A stretch of DNA of 64,000 nucleotides, taken from Bifidobacterium breve. Lineage in GTDB: Bacteria > Actinomycetota > Actinomycetes > Nanopelagicales > Nanopelagicaceae. Below are positions 1 to 11,661 of the stretch, in pieces. Each line of letters opens with the position of its first letter. Within the stretch, counting starts at the first letter, position 1. The notes beneath the pieces are model-generated. The model worked only from the letters and a program-made list of their open reading frames with translations. It did not search any database and was not told the DNA's origin. The translations under genes and the position numbers were made by a program. Where the stretch lies: assembly GCA_945883725.1 (NCBI GenBank), contig CAMCXZ010000004.1, positions 3,669 through 67,668 of the forward strand, read 5' to 3'.

Positions 1-2
1 TC

Positions 3-716
3 GCTGCCATTTTCGTATTTATGATTCCTGCTCACTTGATCTCGCAAGGCTCCTCAGCAGAAACTACGAATGCTGAGAAGAAATCATTTATTAGTGAGAT
101 TAAATTTGGCCTTAACTACCTCTGGAATGACCGACCATTACGGCGCTTAGTTGCTACAACATCTTCTATGGGGTTCTTCTTCTCTCTCGCCACATCAACG
201 CTGATTCTCTTTATTACGCAAACCCTCGGAGTCCAGGCAAAATACTTTGGCGTCCTCATGGCCGGTGCCGGATTGGGCGCAGTTTTAGGTGGATTTCTGA
301 CACCTGCGCTATCGAAGAAATTCGGACGTGGGGGAATTCTCGCGGCAGCAATCTTTATCTCATCAATTTCAATTCTGTTTCAAGGTTTAAGTCCAAATGT
401 GTGGGTATTTGGAGTTATTGGATTTATCTCCTCATTTGCGATCACCAACTGGAACATCTTGCTGATGTCTTGCTATCAAGTGCTTATTCCTTCTGAACTA
501 TATGGACGAATACACGGAGCTCGCCGAACTTTCGTCTGGGGAGTCACGCCAATTGGCGCACTCGCCGGTGGAGTAATTGCCCATAGCGGCCTGCGCATAC
601 CTCTAATTGTCGGCGGCATCGCAACAACTTTGATCTCATTATCTGCATTTACATTTATTTATCGTTTAGGAAATCAAACTAGTCAGGGCGACCAGGTTAT
701 AGTCATTGAGGGCTAA
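3..716 (+). CDS. MFS transporter, C-terminal part (5' end outside window)
   Basis: Multiple TM helices, GLNYLWNDRPLRRL and Q.LIP.ELYGR motifs of MFS_3-like exporters; frame open from window start. Confidence 0.8.
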   Translation, partial: AAIFVFMIPAHLISQGSSAETTNAEKKSFISEIKFGLNYLWNDRPLRRLVATTSSMGFFFSLATSTLILFITQTLGVQAKYFGVLMAGAGLGAVLGGFLTPALSKKFGRGGILAAAIFISSISILFQGLSPNVWVFGVIGFISSFAITNWNILLMSCYQVLIPSELYGRIHGARRTFVWGVTPIGALAGGVIAHSGLRIPLIVGGIATTLISLSAFTFIYRLGNQTSQGDQVIVIEG

Positions 717-719
717 GTC

Positions 720-747
720 AGCCTGCTCAGTATCGTCTCAGCAGGCT
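720..747 (+). terminator. Stem-loop after MFS gene
   Basis: AGCCTGCT(720-727)..AGCAGGCT(740-747); no strong U-tract. Confidence 0.35.
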
Positions 748-944
748 CTCACATACCGCTTTACTCACAAAAGTATGTGATTTGTCGCCACGCAATCTAT
801 TTTGTGAAAATGTCTTGACTTTAAGAATACACATTGCTTCTATTGTGTATTAATTGCTTTTGAGTCTCGCACGAAAGTGGAGAGGAAAATTGATTAATTT
901 AAGGTTAGTAAAGTCAAATTCATTAATCTAACAAAGGTGAAATT

Positions 945-2342
945 ATGGGCCAACTTAAGAAAGTAAAGATTTGGAATAACAAAAAAACTTCATCACTTGC
1001 AGCTATTTTGGTGATTTTTTCTTTAGCATTAACACCAAATGCTGTTTCTGCTCCCACAGCACCAGCAATTAAAGTTGGAGATAAATGCGTTAAAGACTCC
1101 AGCGTTGCTAGAACTAAAGCTGGTGTACAGCTTAGTTGCGGGAAAGTAAAAGGAAAATTAGTTTGGACTTTGCCAAATTATCCTAAAGAGATTCTCATTG
1201 GTGCTCCACTTCCACTAACTGGTGGTGGCGCTGCATTCGGTGGCCCATACGTAGCTTCACTACAGCTCACCGTAGATGCAATTAACGCAGCCGGTGGAAT
1301 CAAGAGTATGAACGGCGCTAAATTAGTTCTTAAATCAGCAGATGATGCGAGTGTTGCCGCAAATGATCAGCTTCTTCTTCAGCAGATGGCTGCTGATGGA
1401 GTTTCTGCATTTGTAGGTCCACTGCTTAGCTCTGGAGTAATCAGCAGTATCCCTGTTATTACTCGATCAAAGATCCCATTCCTCGGACCACAGTTGGATA
1501 ACGTTGTTACAGATTCTCGTTCTCCATATGTTTTCCGCTTAGCAAATAGAGCTACTGCCTTCGGCGATCAAGCCTTCGATTGGCTTATTCCAACTCTTGC
1601 GGCTAAAAACGTAACCTTATCCAAAGTTGGAATTATCGGAATCGATGTTCCACCAGGAACTTCAACAACTGATGTTCTTGATGCCCAAGCTAAGACAGCC
1701 GGATGGACAGTTGCTGAGCGCATTAACTACAACCAATCAACAACAACTGACTTTGGGCCGATCATTGCGCGTCTAAAAGCAGCAGAAGTTGAATTTGTGA
1801 TGGGTTACCAAAACCCAGTAGATGCAGTGAATTTTGCTAAGGCAATTTCGCAGCAAACATGGCGTCCAAAGTACGGCTTCTTCTTTATTGCTGGTGGCCA
1901 GTACTTAACTTCATTCCAGACTTCCGTTGGAGCAGTTGCTGAAAACTGGCTAGACCTTTCTTATGCTGGAGATCTATCAACATCTACTTCACCTAAGTTA
2001 AAGGCTCTGGCTACAGCGTTCCAAGCTAAAATGAATCAGCCATTGCGCGGTTTAGCGTCAGCAGGAGCATCCGTTATCACAACGCTGGCAACAGCAATTG
2101 ATAAGGCTGCAAGTAGCAACCCTGAAGACATTAAGATCGCACTTAAGTCACTTAATTACAAAGATGGCGCGCTAATGCCGTATCCATTTTATACAATGAA
2201 TGGTGGCGTGCGATTTGATTCAAAGAATGACAATGTTCTTTGGAAAGGAACAATCATTCAATGGAAGGGTGCAACTCAGACCTCTATTGAGGCTGGTCGC
2301 TTACCTAAAGGAACTCTAGTTTGGCCTGCTAAGGATCTGTAG
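945..2342 (+). CDS. Liv/branched-chain-type ABC transporter substrate-binding protein
   Basis: Signal peptide; IGAPLPLTG and INAAGGI motifs of Peripla_BP_6; first gene of Liv-type cassette. Confidence 0.9.
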   Translation: MGQLKKVKIWNNKKTSSLAAILVIFSLALTPNAVSAPTAPAIKVGDKCVKDSSVARTKAGVQLSCGKVKGKLVWTLPNYPKEILIGAPLPLTGGGAAFGGPYVASLQLTVDAINAAGGIKSMNGAKLVLKSADDASVAANDQLLLQQMAADGVSAFVGPLLSSGVISSIPVITRSKIPFLGPQLDNVVTDSRSPYVFRLANRATAFGDQAFDWLIPTLAAKNVTLSKVGIIGIDVPPGTSTTDVLDAQAKTAGWTVAERINYNQSTTTDFGPIIARLKAAEVEFVMGYQNPVDAVNFAKAISQQTWRPKYGFFFIAGGQYLTSFQTSVGAVAENWLDLSYAGDLSTSTSPKLKALATAFQAKMNQPLRGLASAGASVITTLATAIDKAASSNPEDIKIALKSLNYKDGALMPYPFYTMNGGVRFDSKNDNVLWKGTIIQWKGATQTSIEAGRLPKGTLVWPAKDL

Positions 2343-2367
2343 GGTAAACCTGCTTACCTAAGACTTG

Positions 2368-2408
2368 AGGTAACACCGTAAAGTTGAAATGACTTTACGG
2401 TGTTACCT
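2368..2408 (+). terminator. Intercistronic 17-bp perfect hairpin after SBP gene (mRNA stabiliser/partial terminator)
   Basis: AGGTAACACCGTAAAGT-7nt-ACTTTACGGTGTTACCT. Confidence 0.75.
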
Positions 2409-2531
2409 AAGTTTGTTTAGATAAAGAACTTCAGCCATCTTCCCGCAGACAAAACAACAATTTGTGTTTAGAATTATTAGGCTCGCGAACAATATTCAAA
2501 TCGAGATCATAATGACGAGGAGATGAATTAA

Positions 2532-3398
2532 ATGCTTGGGCAGTTATTTTCTGGACTAGCTATCGGGTCCATCTATATGTTGATTGCGTTAGGGTTCACA
2601 TTAGTCCTGGGTATCGGAAATATAGTAAATCTGGCGCATGGAAGTGTTGTTGTTACCGGCATGTACACGGTGTATGAGTTAAATACTAAGCATAATGTTC
2701 AAATATATTTAGCTGTAATAGTCGCAGTCGTAATCGGAGCGTTACTTGCTTTAGTGATTTATGGTCTGGCAATTATCCCATCCTTTAATCGGACAAACAA
2801 TACGCATCGAGACCAATTGGTATACACACTTTTAATTATGAGCCTAGTTACGGCAATTCACCAACTCTTATTTACTGGCGAACTTTTGAGTTTATCTTTT
2901 GAGAAGCGAAATGCATTTATTTTCCTAGGCGTGAATATTGAACGACCACGATTGATCGCTTTCATAGTTGCCATTATTGTCACTTGCGCTCTATACATTT
3001 GGCTGCAATTCACAACGCAGGGCAAATTATTGCGCATGACCGGAAAATTTACTGCGAGCTCCCACGCCATCGGCGTACCAGTTAGCAAGGTCTTTCTTCT
3101 TCTATTTGTACTTGGTGGCGCATTAGCAGGATTGGCCGGTGGATTGCTGATGACTATTGAGCCGGTTACGCCAGGAAACGCTTTCACCGTCTTAATCGTG
3201 GCACTCCTTGTTTCGATAGCCGGTCGCTTATCCTTTATAGGCGTAGGCATCGCAGGACTTCTCTACGGAATTATACAAGTGGTATTAAATTCAAAATTTG
3301 ATAGCCATCTGGCTACTTCCCTAGTTTTCGTGGCATTTTTACTTGTTCTGTCTTTTGAGAGAGTCTTTTCTTCAAGATCCGGAAGGCGCTTAGCATGA
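2532..3398 (+). CDS. Branched-chain-type ABC permease (LivH-like)
   Basis: GSIYMLIALGFTLVLG..VNLAHG signature. Confidence 0.9.
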   Translation: MLGQLFSGLAIGSIYMLIALGFTLVLGIGNIVNLAHGSVVVTGMYTVYELNTKHNVQIYLAVIVAVVIGALLALVIYGLAIIPSFNRTNNTHRDQLVYTLLIMSLVTAIHQLLFTGELLSLSFEKRNAFIFLGVNIERPRLIAFIVAIIVTCALYIWLQFTTQGKLLRMTGKFTASSHAIGVPVSKVFLLLFVLGGALAGLAGGLLMTIEPVTPGNAFTVLIVALLVSIAGRLSFIGVGIAGLLYGIIQVVLNSKFDSHLATSLVFVAFLLVLSFERVFSSRSGRRLA

Positions 3399-5158
3399 AA
3401 AGTAATTTGAGTAGATTTATTCTTCCATGGGTGGTTCTAGCAGCAGTTGGATTCTTACTAATTCAAAACTGGTCGTCGGTTCCAGATCGATGGGCGCCAA
3501 CAGTTATTTCAGGCCTGACATTACTTTATCTCGCATATACGTGGAATATTGTCGGCGGAATAATTGGTGAATTGGCTTTCGCACACATGGTCTTCTGGGC
3601 AATAGGAGCTTATGGCTACATCATTGCTGCCAAATCAGAGTCAAATCTGCAGCTTTCATTCTTATTGATAGTTTTATTAGCTGCAGTTTTCGGTGGTGGA
3701 ATCGTTTATATTGCGTCAGCATTGGGCCTGGAAGGACTGTATCTAACTACGTTCACCCTTATCGTATTCGAATTTGCAAAATCTGTTGTGATTGGAACAA
3801 AATCACTCGGCGGTAATGAGGGTTTACTTTATTTCAATTTCGACGAAAACATTGCCCGCAATTCTGCTTTCGCTTTTATTATTTTGGTGTTACTCGCAAT
3901 TGGCGTTAACCATTTGATTCTTTCTAGTTCCTTAGGATTGAAATGGCTGGCAGTAAAGGACGACGAAACTGCCGCAGCGGCATCGGGTGTTTTCGGGCGC
4001 CGAGAGAAAACTACTGCTTATGTAATTAGCGGAGCGCTAACAACTTTTGGAGGCGCAGCGCAAGCGTTTTATCTTGGTTATGCACAACCTGAGACATCTC
4101 TTGGTGTGGGCTTGCTAATTTCTGCAGTTATCGCTGTTTACATTGGCGGTCCCGGAACTTTGTTTGGACCATTGTTTGGCGTCATTGTAATTTTTGGATT
4201 AGATGCTCTAGCAAGAAATCTTTCATCTGATATTAAGGTATCGCTATATGCACAAGTCACTCAATATAGCTTGGCGTTTGTAGTCTTTTGGGTCTTATCT
4301 ACTAAGGCTTTTTCAAATTTCAGTCTGTCAAATTTAGTTAAGAATCTATTTAGAAAGAAGTCTCAAACTTGGTCTGCTGTCGAAGCAGAAGGTAACTTGG
4401 TTAAGCCTGAAGAGACTACTAAAGCTCCTAAAACTCAAGCGAGTTCATCGACTCTTGAAAACGCGATGGAAGTCATCGGTATTACTAAGAACTTCGGTGG
4501 CGCTCGCGTTTTAGAGGGCGTTAGTTTTACGATTAAACCAGGAGAGATCGTAGGGCTCATTGGGCCAAACGGTGCTGGAAAGACAACGTTATGTAATGTT
4601 ATTGCCGGAGTTTATAAACCAGACACAGGTGAGATCAATTTAGGCGGAGTCAGCATTCTTAACATGTCTACCCCTGAGCGTTTCAAATTTGGAGTGGCGC
4701 GAACTTTCCAAGCCGCCAGAGTGTTTCCTTCACTAACGGTAGAACAAAACATTCGGTTAACTGTAAAGAACCAACCGAATCGGGTTGCCGAGTTGCTTCA
4801 CGAATTCAATTTGCCCGGCAAGCAGGATTCTAAAGACTCGCCTATGTTCGTTAGACGATTAACGGAGATAGCTAGAGCGATAGCGTCTCCGAAAAAAGTT
4901 TTGATTTTAGATGAACCACTTGCTGGTCTAACCCCGACGCAGCATGAGCTAGTGCTCAAAAGCGTACAAGCTGTAGCAGCATCTGGAACAGCAGTAATTA
5001 TTGTTGAGCACCTGATTCAAACCGTAGCTAAGGTTTGTGATCGCTTAATTGTGTTATCCAATGGCGTACTGATTGCTGATGGACCTGCGGCAATGGTATT
5101 AAAGGATGAAATTGTAGTTGGAGCATATTTAGGTAAATCAATGGAACAGGAGGCATAA
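3395..5158 (+). CDS. Fused LivM-like permease + LivG-like ATPase
   Basis: N-terminal TM domain (WNIVGG, GGPGTLFGP); C-terminal GPNGAGKTT and LILDEP. Confidence 0.9.
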   Translation: MKSNLSRFILPWVVLAAVGFLLIQNWSSVPDRWAPTVISGLTLLYLAYTWNIVGGIIGELAFAHMVFWAIGAYGYIIAAKSESNLQLSFLLIVLLAAVFGGGIVYIASALGLEGLYLTTFTLIVFEFAKSVVIGTKSLGGNEGLLYFNFDENIARNSAFAFIILVLLAIGVNHLILSSSLGLKWLAVKDDETAAAASGVFGRREKTTAYVISGALTTFGGAAQAFYLGYAQPETSLGVGLLISAVIAVYIGGPGTLFGPLFGVIVIFGLDALARNLSSDIKVSLYAQVTQYSLAFVVFWVLSTKAFSNFSLSNLVKNLFRKKSQTWSAVEAEGNLVKPEETTKAPKTQASSSTLENAMEVIGITKNFGGARVLEGVSFTIKPGEIVGLIGPNGAGKTTLCNVIAGVYKPDTGEINLGGVSILNMSTPERFKFGVARTFQAARVFPSLTVEQNIRLTVKNQPNRVAELLHEFNLPGKQDSKDSPMFVRRLTEIARAIASPKKVLILDEPLAGLTPTQHELVLKSVQAVAASGTAVIIVEHLIQTVAKVCDRLIVLSNGVLIADGPAAMVLKDEIVVGAYLGKSMEQEA

Positions 5159-5161
5159 CGA

Positions 5162-5872
5162 ATGCTACTTAATCTGACAGAAGTTGAATCCGGGTACGAT
5201 GACCTGCAAATTCTTTGGGGCATTAACTTATCTGTTGCCGCTGGTAAAGTAACTGCAATCGCTGGACCAAATGGTGCTGGCAAGTCGACGCTACTCAAAA
5301 CAATTGTTGGCACCATTCCTCTTAACTCGGGAAAAATTGAATTTGACGGTAAAAACGTTTCTCAACAAAGCCAATCAAAGAGATTGCGTCAAGGCATTTC
5401 ATTTGTTCCTGAAGGACGTTTGTTATTTGATGACCTTACGGTTTATGAAAATCTACGACTAGCTGCTTATATGGTCGGACAAGACCGTTCGGAATTTACG
5501 GTTAATCTAGAAAATGTACTTAAGCTTTTTCCAGAAATAAACTCCTGGATTCAGGTCTTGGCTGGCCGTCTTAGCGGCGGGCAGCAACAAATTGTTGCGG
5601 TTGCTCGTGCAATAGTCCGCAGTCCGAGATTAATTCTTCTTGACGAGCCTTCAGTTGGGCTAGCGCCAATGGTTATTCAAAGAATTGGTGACCAGCTTCA
5701 AAAGATGAAGGACTCCGGAATCGGAGTTCTAATTGCAGAACAAAATGTGCAGTGGCTTGAAAATGTTGCTGATGAAGTTGTAATTCTAACTGGAGGCAGA
5801 ATCACAGATAATGTTTCTCCAAAGATGCTTGGCTCAAGAGAGTTTCTTCGTAAAGCTTACTTAAGCGTATAA
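5162..5872 (+). CDS. LivF-like ABC ATPase
   Basis: GPNGAGKST, VPEGR, LSGGQQQ, LLDEPSVGLAP. Confidence 0.9.
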   Translation: MLLNLTEVESGYDDLQILWGINLSVAAGKVTAIAGPNGAGKSTLLKTIVGTIPLNSGKIEFDGKNVSQQSQSKRLRQGISFVPEGRLLFDDLTVYENLRLAAYMVGQDRSEFTVNLENVLKLFPEINSWIQVLAGRLSGGQQQIVAVARAIVRSPRLILLDEPSVGLAPMVIQRIGDQLQKMKDSGIGVLIAEQNVQWLENVADEVVILTGGRITDNVSPKMLGSREFLRKAYLSV

Positions 5873-5890
5873 ATTAATGGAGATACGCTG

Positions 5891-7249
5891 ATGACAATGG
5901 ACTCGAACGTTTTCGATGTCGATATTCTTGTCATCGGCGCTGGAATAGCGGGAATGACTTTAGCTGCAACTGCTGCTCAAGAAGGTTTATCTGTCGCCGT
6001 TATTGAGATTTCAAGTGCCATCGGTGGTTCTGCCGCACTCTCTGAAGGTTATGTTTGGACTGCTCCAAACACTGACGTTTTTCGTAACCAAGATGAAAAA
6101 GGCGATTTAGAGAAATTCGAAATAATGTTAGATGCGCTGCCAGAGGCATTTCAATGGCTGGAGAGCCAAGGCATTGAAGTAGGAGCAACTATTAAGCAAG
6201 TGTTGGGCTATGGTGAAGGTCGCCAAATAGATACGCCAGCATTTTTTCACAAAACTAAGGTTTCAGTTGAAAGCAACGGAATTATTTTATTGAACACAGA
6301 GGTAGAAGAGCTATTAGATGATGGCACCAAAATTATTGGTGCCTCATTTAAGGAAACATCCACTGGTGAGCAAGGAGTCATCAAAGCCTCACACACCGTA
6401 ATTGCAACTGGTGGCTTTCAGGCAAATCCGAGCTTATTAAACGAACTATTATTTCCTGGAGCGGGTGACTTAACCCTACGCTCAAATACAGATAGTAAAG
6501 GCGGAGGTATCCAACTTGGCAGAAAAGTCGGAGTTGACCTCACCGAAGATACCCACGCTTTTTATGGCCATCTAATACCTTTCCCGATTAAGGATTTCCA
6601 ACCAAAAGAATTTGCGTTGTTGGCTCAATATTTTAGCGATCATGCATTAATTTTTAATAAACAAGGCAAGCGTTTTACTGATGAATCATTAGGTGACCAC
6701 ATCAATACAAATGTTGTTGCAAAATTAGGTCCCGTACTCTTATTTGTAGATGGACGAGTCACCCGCGATCAAGTAACTCGCGCATTTATTCCAGGCATGG
6801 ATGCGATCAATAAAATGGAAACAGCTGGCAATCGAGGCGCAAACTATTTTTCTAGCGATACAGTCGAAAAACTTTGTCCAGTAATTGAATCTTGGGGCTA
6901 TGACTCTAAAAGTTTCCTTAATTCGATCGCTGAATATAACTCTGCCATCAAAGAAGATAAAGAATTAAACCCGCCAAGATCTTCCAATAGAGAGCAACTT
7001 GTCGAGCCTCCATTTGCAGTTTTAGAGATTCAGGCAGCCATCACCTTCACATACAAAGGATTGTTGACGAATTCTGATGGACAAGCAATCGTAAAAGGAA
7101 AACCAAAAGAGGGTTTATGGATTGTCGGAGTTGATGCCGGGGGATTAAATCAATGGGGATACACAGGGGGCTTAGTTCGAGGTCTCACATTAGGGCGCAG
7201 AACTGCCAAGATAATTAGTGGCAAAGTAGAAAAGGTTAATTCCAAATGA
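5891..7249 (+). CDS. FAD-dependent oxidoreductase (fumarate reductase/3-ketosteroid dehydrogenase/TcuA-like FAD_binding_2 family)
   Basis: [30 protein letters not shown]. Confidence 0.8.
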   Translation: MTMDSNVFDVDILVIGAGIAGMTLAATAAQEGLSVAVIEISSAIGGSAALSEGYVWTAPNTDVFRNQDEKGDLEKFEIMLDALPEAFQWLESQGIEVGATIKQVLGYGEGRQIDTPAFFHKTKVSVESNGIILLNTEVEELLDDGTKIIGASFKETSTGEQGVIKASHTVIATGGFQANPSLLNELLFPGAGDLTLRSNTDSKGGGIQLGRKVGVDLTEDTHAFYGHLIPFPIKDFQPKEFALLAQYFSDHALIFNKQGKRFTDESLGDHINTNVVAKLGPVLLFVDGRVTRDQVTRAFIPGMDAINKMETAGNRGANYFSSDTVEKLCPVIESWGYDSKSFLNSIAEYNSAIKEDKELNPPRSSNREQLVEPPFAVLEIQAAITFTYKGLLTNSDGQAIVKGKPKEGLWIVGVDAGGLNQWGYTGGLVRGLTLGRRTAKIISGKVEKVNSK

Positions 7250-8859
7250 GCTTCCCAAGATTAACTTCGGCGATTTCAACGAGATCTGCACTATTCATAA
7301 AGAATAGAGAAGCCTTTAATGAAATTCTTGAAGAGTTTGATTCCAAAATGAAAACCGCCTCTTTAGGCGGGTCAGAGGAGTCGCGACTACGTCACGAGGG
7401 GCGCGGAAAATTACTTCCCAGAGATCGGGTCAATCAATTACTAGATCCAGGTTCTCCATTTTTAGAGCTTTCAGCATTAGCAGCTAATGGAATGTATGAC
7501 GATGAAGTTCCTTGCGCTGGCATAATCACCGGAATCGGCATGATAAATGGTCGATATGCGATGGTTGTCGCGAATGATTCAACGGTAAAAGGCGGTACTT
7601 ACCTGCCCATGACTGTTAAGAAACATTTGCGTGCGCAAGAAATAGCTTTGGCGAATCGACTTCCTTGCGTGTACCTGGTCGACTCTGGTGGCGCGTTCTT
7701 GCCACTTCAACATGAAGTTTTTCCTGACCGAGACCACTTCGGAAGAATTTTCTTTAATCAAGCCAGACTCAGCGCCGACTCAATTCCACAGATTTCTGCT
7801 GTTCTAGGTGCATGTACAGCTGGCGGTGCCTATGTGCCAGCAATGAGTGATGAGAACGTCATCGTGGCATCGCAAGGTCATATTTTTCTCGGGGGTCCAC
7901 CTCTCGTTAAGGCAGCAACTGGCGAAATTGTAACTGCCGAAGAACTTGGTGGCGGCGCGCTTCACTCTCGTAAATCAGGAGTAACTGATCATCTCGCTGA
8001 TAGTGATGGCGATGCCTTAGCCGTAGTTAGATCAATTTTTTCATCAATTCCACATAATGAATCTTGGTTGAAAAGGTACGAAGATAGTGAAGAACCGATG
8101 TATGACAAAGAAGAAATTCTTGGAATCGTTCCTTTAGATCCACGTATTACATATGACGCGCGGGAAGTAATTTTGAGAATTGTCGATGAAAGTAGATTCC
8201 TCGAATTTAAGAAAGAATACGGAGATACCCTTGTAACTGGGTTTGCTCATATCGATGGCTACCCAGTGGGGATAATTGCAAATAATGGAGTGCTCTTTAG
8301 CGAGTCTGCTCAAAAAGGTGCCCACTTCATAGAGCTCTGCGATCAACGCAAAATACCTTTAGTTTTCCTTCAAAATCTTTCTGGATTTATGGTCGGGCGA
8401 GAATATGAAATGGGTGGGATAGCAAAACACGGAGCCAAAATGGTAAACGCTGTTGCTTGCGCCCGAGTCCCAAAGTTTACTGTTGTTATTGGCGGCTCAT
8501 TTGGCGCTGGAAACTATTCAATGTGCGGCCGGGCATTTGATCCACGATTCCTCTGGATGTGGCCAAATGCGAGAATCTCAGTAATGGGTGGAGAACAAGC
8601 CGCTTCAGTCTTAGCAACAATTAGAGAAGAACAACTTGTAGCTAAAGATCAACTTTGGAGCAGTGAAGAGGCCGAAGCGTTTAAAGAACCAATTCGTGAA
8701 AAATACCGCGAAGAAGGAAGCGCGTATTTCTCAACTGCACGTATTTGGGATGACGGCATTATTGATCCTAGGGATACCAGAAGAGTGCTTTCCTTGGCCC
8801 TTTCTGTATCTGGCTTTACTCCTCTTAAAGATACTTCCTATGGCATCTTTCGGATGTGA
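7246..8859 (+). CDS. Methylcrotonyl-CoA carboxylase-type carboxyltransferase (beta) subunit
   Basis: [40 protein letters not shown], ends GIFRM. Confidence 0.92.
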   Translation: MSFPRLTSAISTRSALFIKNREAFNEILEEFDSKMKTASLGGSEESRLRHEGRGKLLPRDRVNQLLDPGSPFLELSALAANGMYDDEVPCAGIITGIGMINGRYAMVVANDSTVKGGTYLPMTVKKHLRAQEIALANRLPCVYLVDSGGAFLPLQHEVFPDRDHFGRIFFNQARLSADSIPQISAVLGACTAGGAYVPAMSDENVIVASQGHIFLGGPPLVKAATGEIVTAEELGGGALHSRKSGVTDHLADSDGDALAVVRSIFSSIPHNESWLKRYEDSEEPMYDKEEILGIVPLDPRITYDAREVILRIVDESRFLEFKKEYGDTLVTGFAHIDGYPVGIIANNGVLFSESAQKGAHFIELCDQRKIPLVFLQNLSGFMVGREYEMGGIAKHGAKMVNAVACARVPKFTVVIGGSFGAGNYSMCGRAFDPRFLWMWPNARISVMGGEQAASVLATIREEQLVAKDQLWSSEEAEAFKEPIREKYREEGSAYFSTARIWDDGIIDPRDTRRVLSLALSVSGFTPLKDTSYGIFRM

Positions 8860-10739
8860 GAATGATTAAAAAAGTTCTCATTGCTAACCGAGGTGAAGTT
8901 GCTATACGGATCAATTCAACGTTACAGAAACTTGGCATCGAATCGATCGGAATCTTCACAAATGCCGATCGTACTTCTCCGCACCTCCGGCACATCAAGG
9001 AATGTGTTTTACTTGATGACTCGGAGCAAACTGGATATTTAGATATTGCACAAATCATTTCTGTCGCAAAGAAGCATTCCGTTGATGCCATACATCCAGG
9101 TTATGGCTTTTTATCTGAAAACTCTGAATTTTCTCGTGCTTGCCAAGAAGCAAATATAAAATTCATTGGCCCAAGTGCTGAAGTTATTTCATCTATGGGA
9201 GATAAAATCTCAGCTCGCTTGCGCGCAGAAGAAGCTAATGTGCCGATAGTTCCTGGTGTTGGAAAACCAGATATGAGCGATGAAGAATTAATTAAAGCTT
9301 GCAAAGGAATGAAATATCCCTTACTAGTCAAGCCTTCAGCAGGTGGTGGCGGCAAGGGTCTGCATATTGTTCAAAATCTTGAAGAGTTAAAGGAAGTCCT
9401 ACCAATAGCTAGGCGAGAGGCTTTTGCTTCTTTCTCAGATGACACTCTCTTTATTGAAAAATACATTAAAAGTGCAAAGCACATCGAATTCCAAATTTTA
9501 CGAGATGCCCATGGCGCTAGCATTCACTTAGGCGAGCGCGAGTGTTCGCTACAGCGTCGTCATCAAAAGGTAATTGAGGAAGCTCCTTCTGAGATATTGA
9601 CCCCAAGTATGCGTGAAAAAATGGGTGCCGCAGCAATTCTCCTAGTAGATGCTATCAATTATGAAAATATTGGAACAATTGAGTTTCTGGTAGATGTTGA
9701 GGATCCAGAAATCTTTTATTTCATGGAGATGAATACTCGACTTCAAGTTGAGCATAGAGTTACCGAATTAGTGACCGGAATAGATTTGGTCGAGTGCCAG
9801 CTGCGAATCGCCGCCGGAGAGCACCTAAAGTCCTTTATTCCCAAGGTTTCTTTCAATGGTCACGCAGTCGAAGCCAGAGTGTATTCAGAAGATCCCTACG
9901 AAGGATTCTTGCCATCGGGTGGACTTATTGGAAACTTTGCTGCCCCGAGCACCGAAGATACCGTAAACGATTTTGCGATTGAATCCGGAACTTTCGTTCC
10001 TCCCACTTTTGATCCGATGCTTGGAAAGATTTCATGTTGGGCGCCTACACGTCTTGAAGCAATTGCTCTGCTCAGAAAAGCTTTATCTAATACAGTTTTA
10101 CTTGGCGTCACCACTAATATTGATTTCTTAATTGATTTACTCAATGAGCCAAATGTAATCAATGGAATTTACGATACTAGCTATATAGAAAATTTGAATC
10201 TGGTAAGGCCTCTAGCATCAGATAACGTTTTTGATTCCTTTGCGTATGCAGTGACTTCTGCTAACTTAGAAGATAGTTCGAATGGTTGTGCTTGGTCAAA
10301 AGACAATTGGCGATTATCGGGTTCGGCGACTGCTGAAATCGCTGCTTATTTGTTTGGCGAAAGAACCAATGTTTCTGTTAAGAATCTCTCGAGCGACTTA
10401 ACTGATCAGCTTTCAACTTATCTAGTAGACCAGGACTGTTGGATTCACCATCCCAGTTTCGGAACCTGGAAATTTAGAACTATCAGCAATCACCGCTCAC
10501 GGCCAGAAGGCAAGAATGCCGATGAGATCACTAGCCCTATGCCGGGTACCGTAATTTCAACAAATGTTTCAGTCGGCGATAAAGTTTCTACTGGAGATTC
10601 ATTGATAATTATTGAAGCCATGAAGATGGAACATGTCATAAGAGCCAAACAAGACGGAGTAATTCAGGCAATCAATGTGTCCGTAGGCTTAAATATTAAA
10701 GCTGGAGAAGTTTTGTTGGAGATGAGCGATGGCGCTTAA
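8856..10739 (+). CDS. Biotin carboxylase/BCCP (alpha) subunit
   Basis: [47 protein letters not shown]. Confidence 0.95.
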   Translation: MRMIKKVLIANRGEVAIRINSTLQKLGIESIGIFTNADRTSPHLRHIKECVLLDDSEQTGYLDIAQIISVAKKHSVDAIHPGYGFLSENSEFSRACQEANIKFIGPSAEVISSMGDKISARLRAEEANVPIVPGVGKPDMSDEELIKACKGMKYPLLVKPSAGGGGKGLHIVQNLEELKEVLPIARREAFASFSDDTLFIEKYIKSAKHIEFQILRDAHGASIHLGERECSLQRRHQKVIEEAPSEILTPSMREKMGAAAILLVDAINYENIGTIEFLVDVEDPEIFYFMEMNTRLQVEHRVTELVTGIDLVECQLRIAAGEHLKSFIPKVSFNGHAVEARVYSEDPYEGFLPSGGLIGNFAAPSTEDTVNDFAIESGTFVPPTFDPMLGKISCWAPTRLEAIALLRKALSNTVLLGVTTNIDFLIDLLNEPNVINGIYDTSYIENLNLVRPLASDNVFDSFAYAVTSANLEDSSNGCAWSKDNWRLSGSATAEIAAYLFGERTNVSVKNLSSDLTDQLSTYLVDQDCWIHHPSFGTWKFRTISNHRSRPEGKNADEITSPMPGTVISTNVSVGDKVSTGDSLIIIEAMKMEHVIRAKQDGVIQAINVSVGLNIKAGEVLLEMSDGA

Positions 10740-11661
10740 CAGAGAAAGCTTTCCAAAATCTGTGACTATTTATGAGGTTGGGCCACGCGATGGCTTACAG
10801 AACGAAAGCATAATTCTAAAAACCTCAGACAAGATTGAACTAGTTAATCTGCTCCTTAAAGCAGGCCTACCAGCTGTTGAGATAGGTAGCTTCGTTCGCC
10901 CTGACTTAATCCCCGCATTGGCAGATAGTAATGAAGTTGCTGTTGGTCTAAAACCTCTACTTAAATCGAATCGACTCGTGGCTCTGGTACCTAATATGAA
11001 AGGTCTTGACCGAGCACTTGAAGCCGGAGTGCGCGAAGTTGCAGTAATTGCGAGTGCCACAGAATCATTTGCTCGTGCAAATTTGAATAATTCCGTGCAG
11101 GGTTCATTGGAAATTTTTCGTCCAGTTATAGAGCAAGCACTTCTGGCGGGTTTAAATGTGCGTGGCTATATTTCGATGTGTTATGGAGACCCTTGGGAGG
11201 GGAAAGTTGCTCCAGATAAAGTTACTCAGGTAGCTGAAAGACTTTTTGAATATGGGATTTCAGAGTTATCACTTGGGGACACAATTGGAGTAGCAACCCC
11301 CGGAGATGTAATAAGTTTATTAGACTCACTTGAATCTGTTGGTATCGCTCGTAATAAATTAGCAGTTCATTTTCATGATACTTATGGTCAGGCACTTTCA
11401 AATACTCTGGTATCACTGCAGGAGGGAATTTCAATAGTAGATGCTTCGATTGGGGGCTTAGGTGGATGCCCATTTGCCAAAAGTGCTACTGGAAATCTTT
11501 CAACAGAGGATTTGGTATGGCAATTACATGGCCTTGGAATTCAAACAGGAGTAAATTTTGAGGGGCTAATTGAAATTAGCAAGTGGCTATCGCAAGTAGT
11601 AGGCCTAAAAATCAAATCAAAAACTGCTATTGCACTTGGTGCTGATAAAGTTAATTCATGA
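10729..11661 (+). CDS. Hydroxymethylglutaryl-CoA lyase
   Basis: EVGPRDGLQNE, HFHDTYG, GLGGCPFA. Confidence 0.93.
   Translation: MALNRESFPKSVTIYEVGPRDGLQNESIILKTSDKIELVNLLLKAGLPAVEIGSFVRPDLIPALADSNEVAVGLKPLLKSNRLVALVPNMKGLDRALEAGVREVAVIASATESFARANLNNSVQGSLEIFRPVIEQALLAGLNVRGYISMCYGDPWEGKVAPDKVTQVAERLFEYGISELSLGDTIGVATPGDVISLLDSLESVGIARNKLAVHFHDTYGQALSNTLVSLQEGISIVDASIGGLGGCPFAKSATGNLSTEDLVWQLHGLGIQTGVNFEGLIEISKWLSQVVGLKIKSKTAIALGADKVNS

Noticed and set aside
765-791. CRP/GlxR site
   Set aside because: Half-sites are in inverted order (TCACA-N6-TGTGA), and the correctly oriented match is poor
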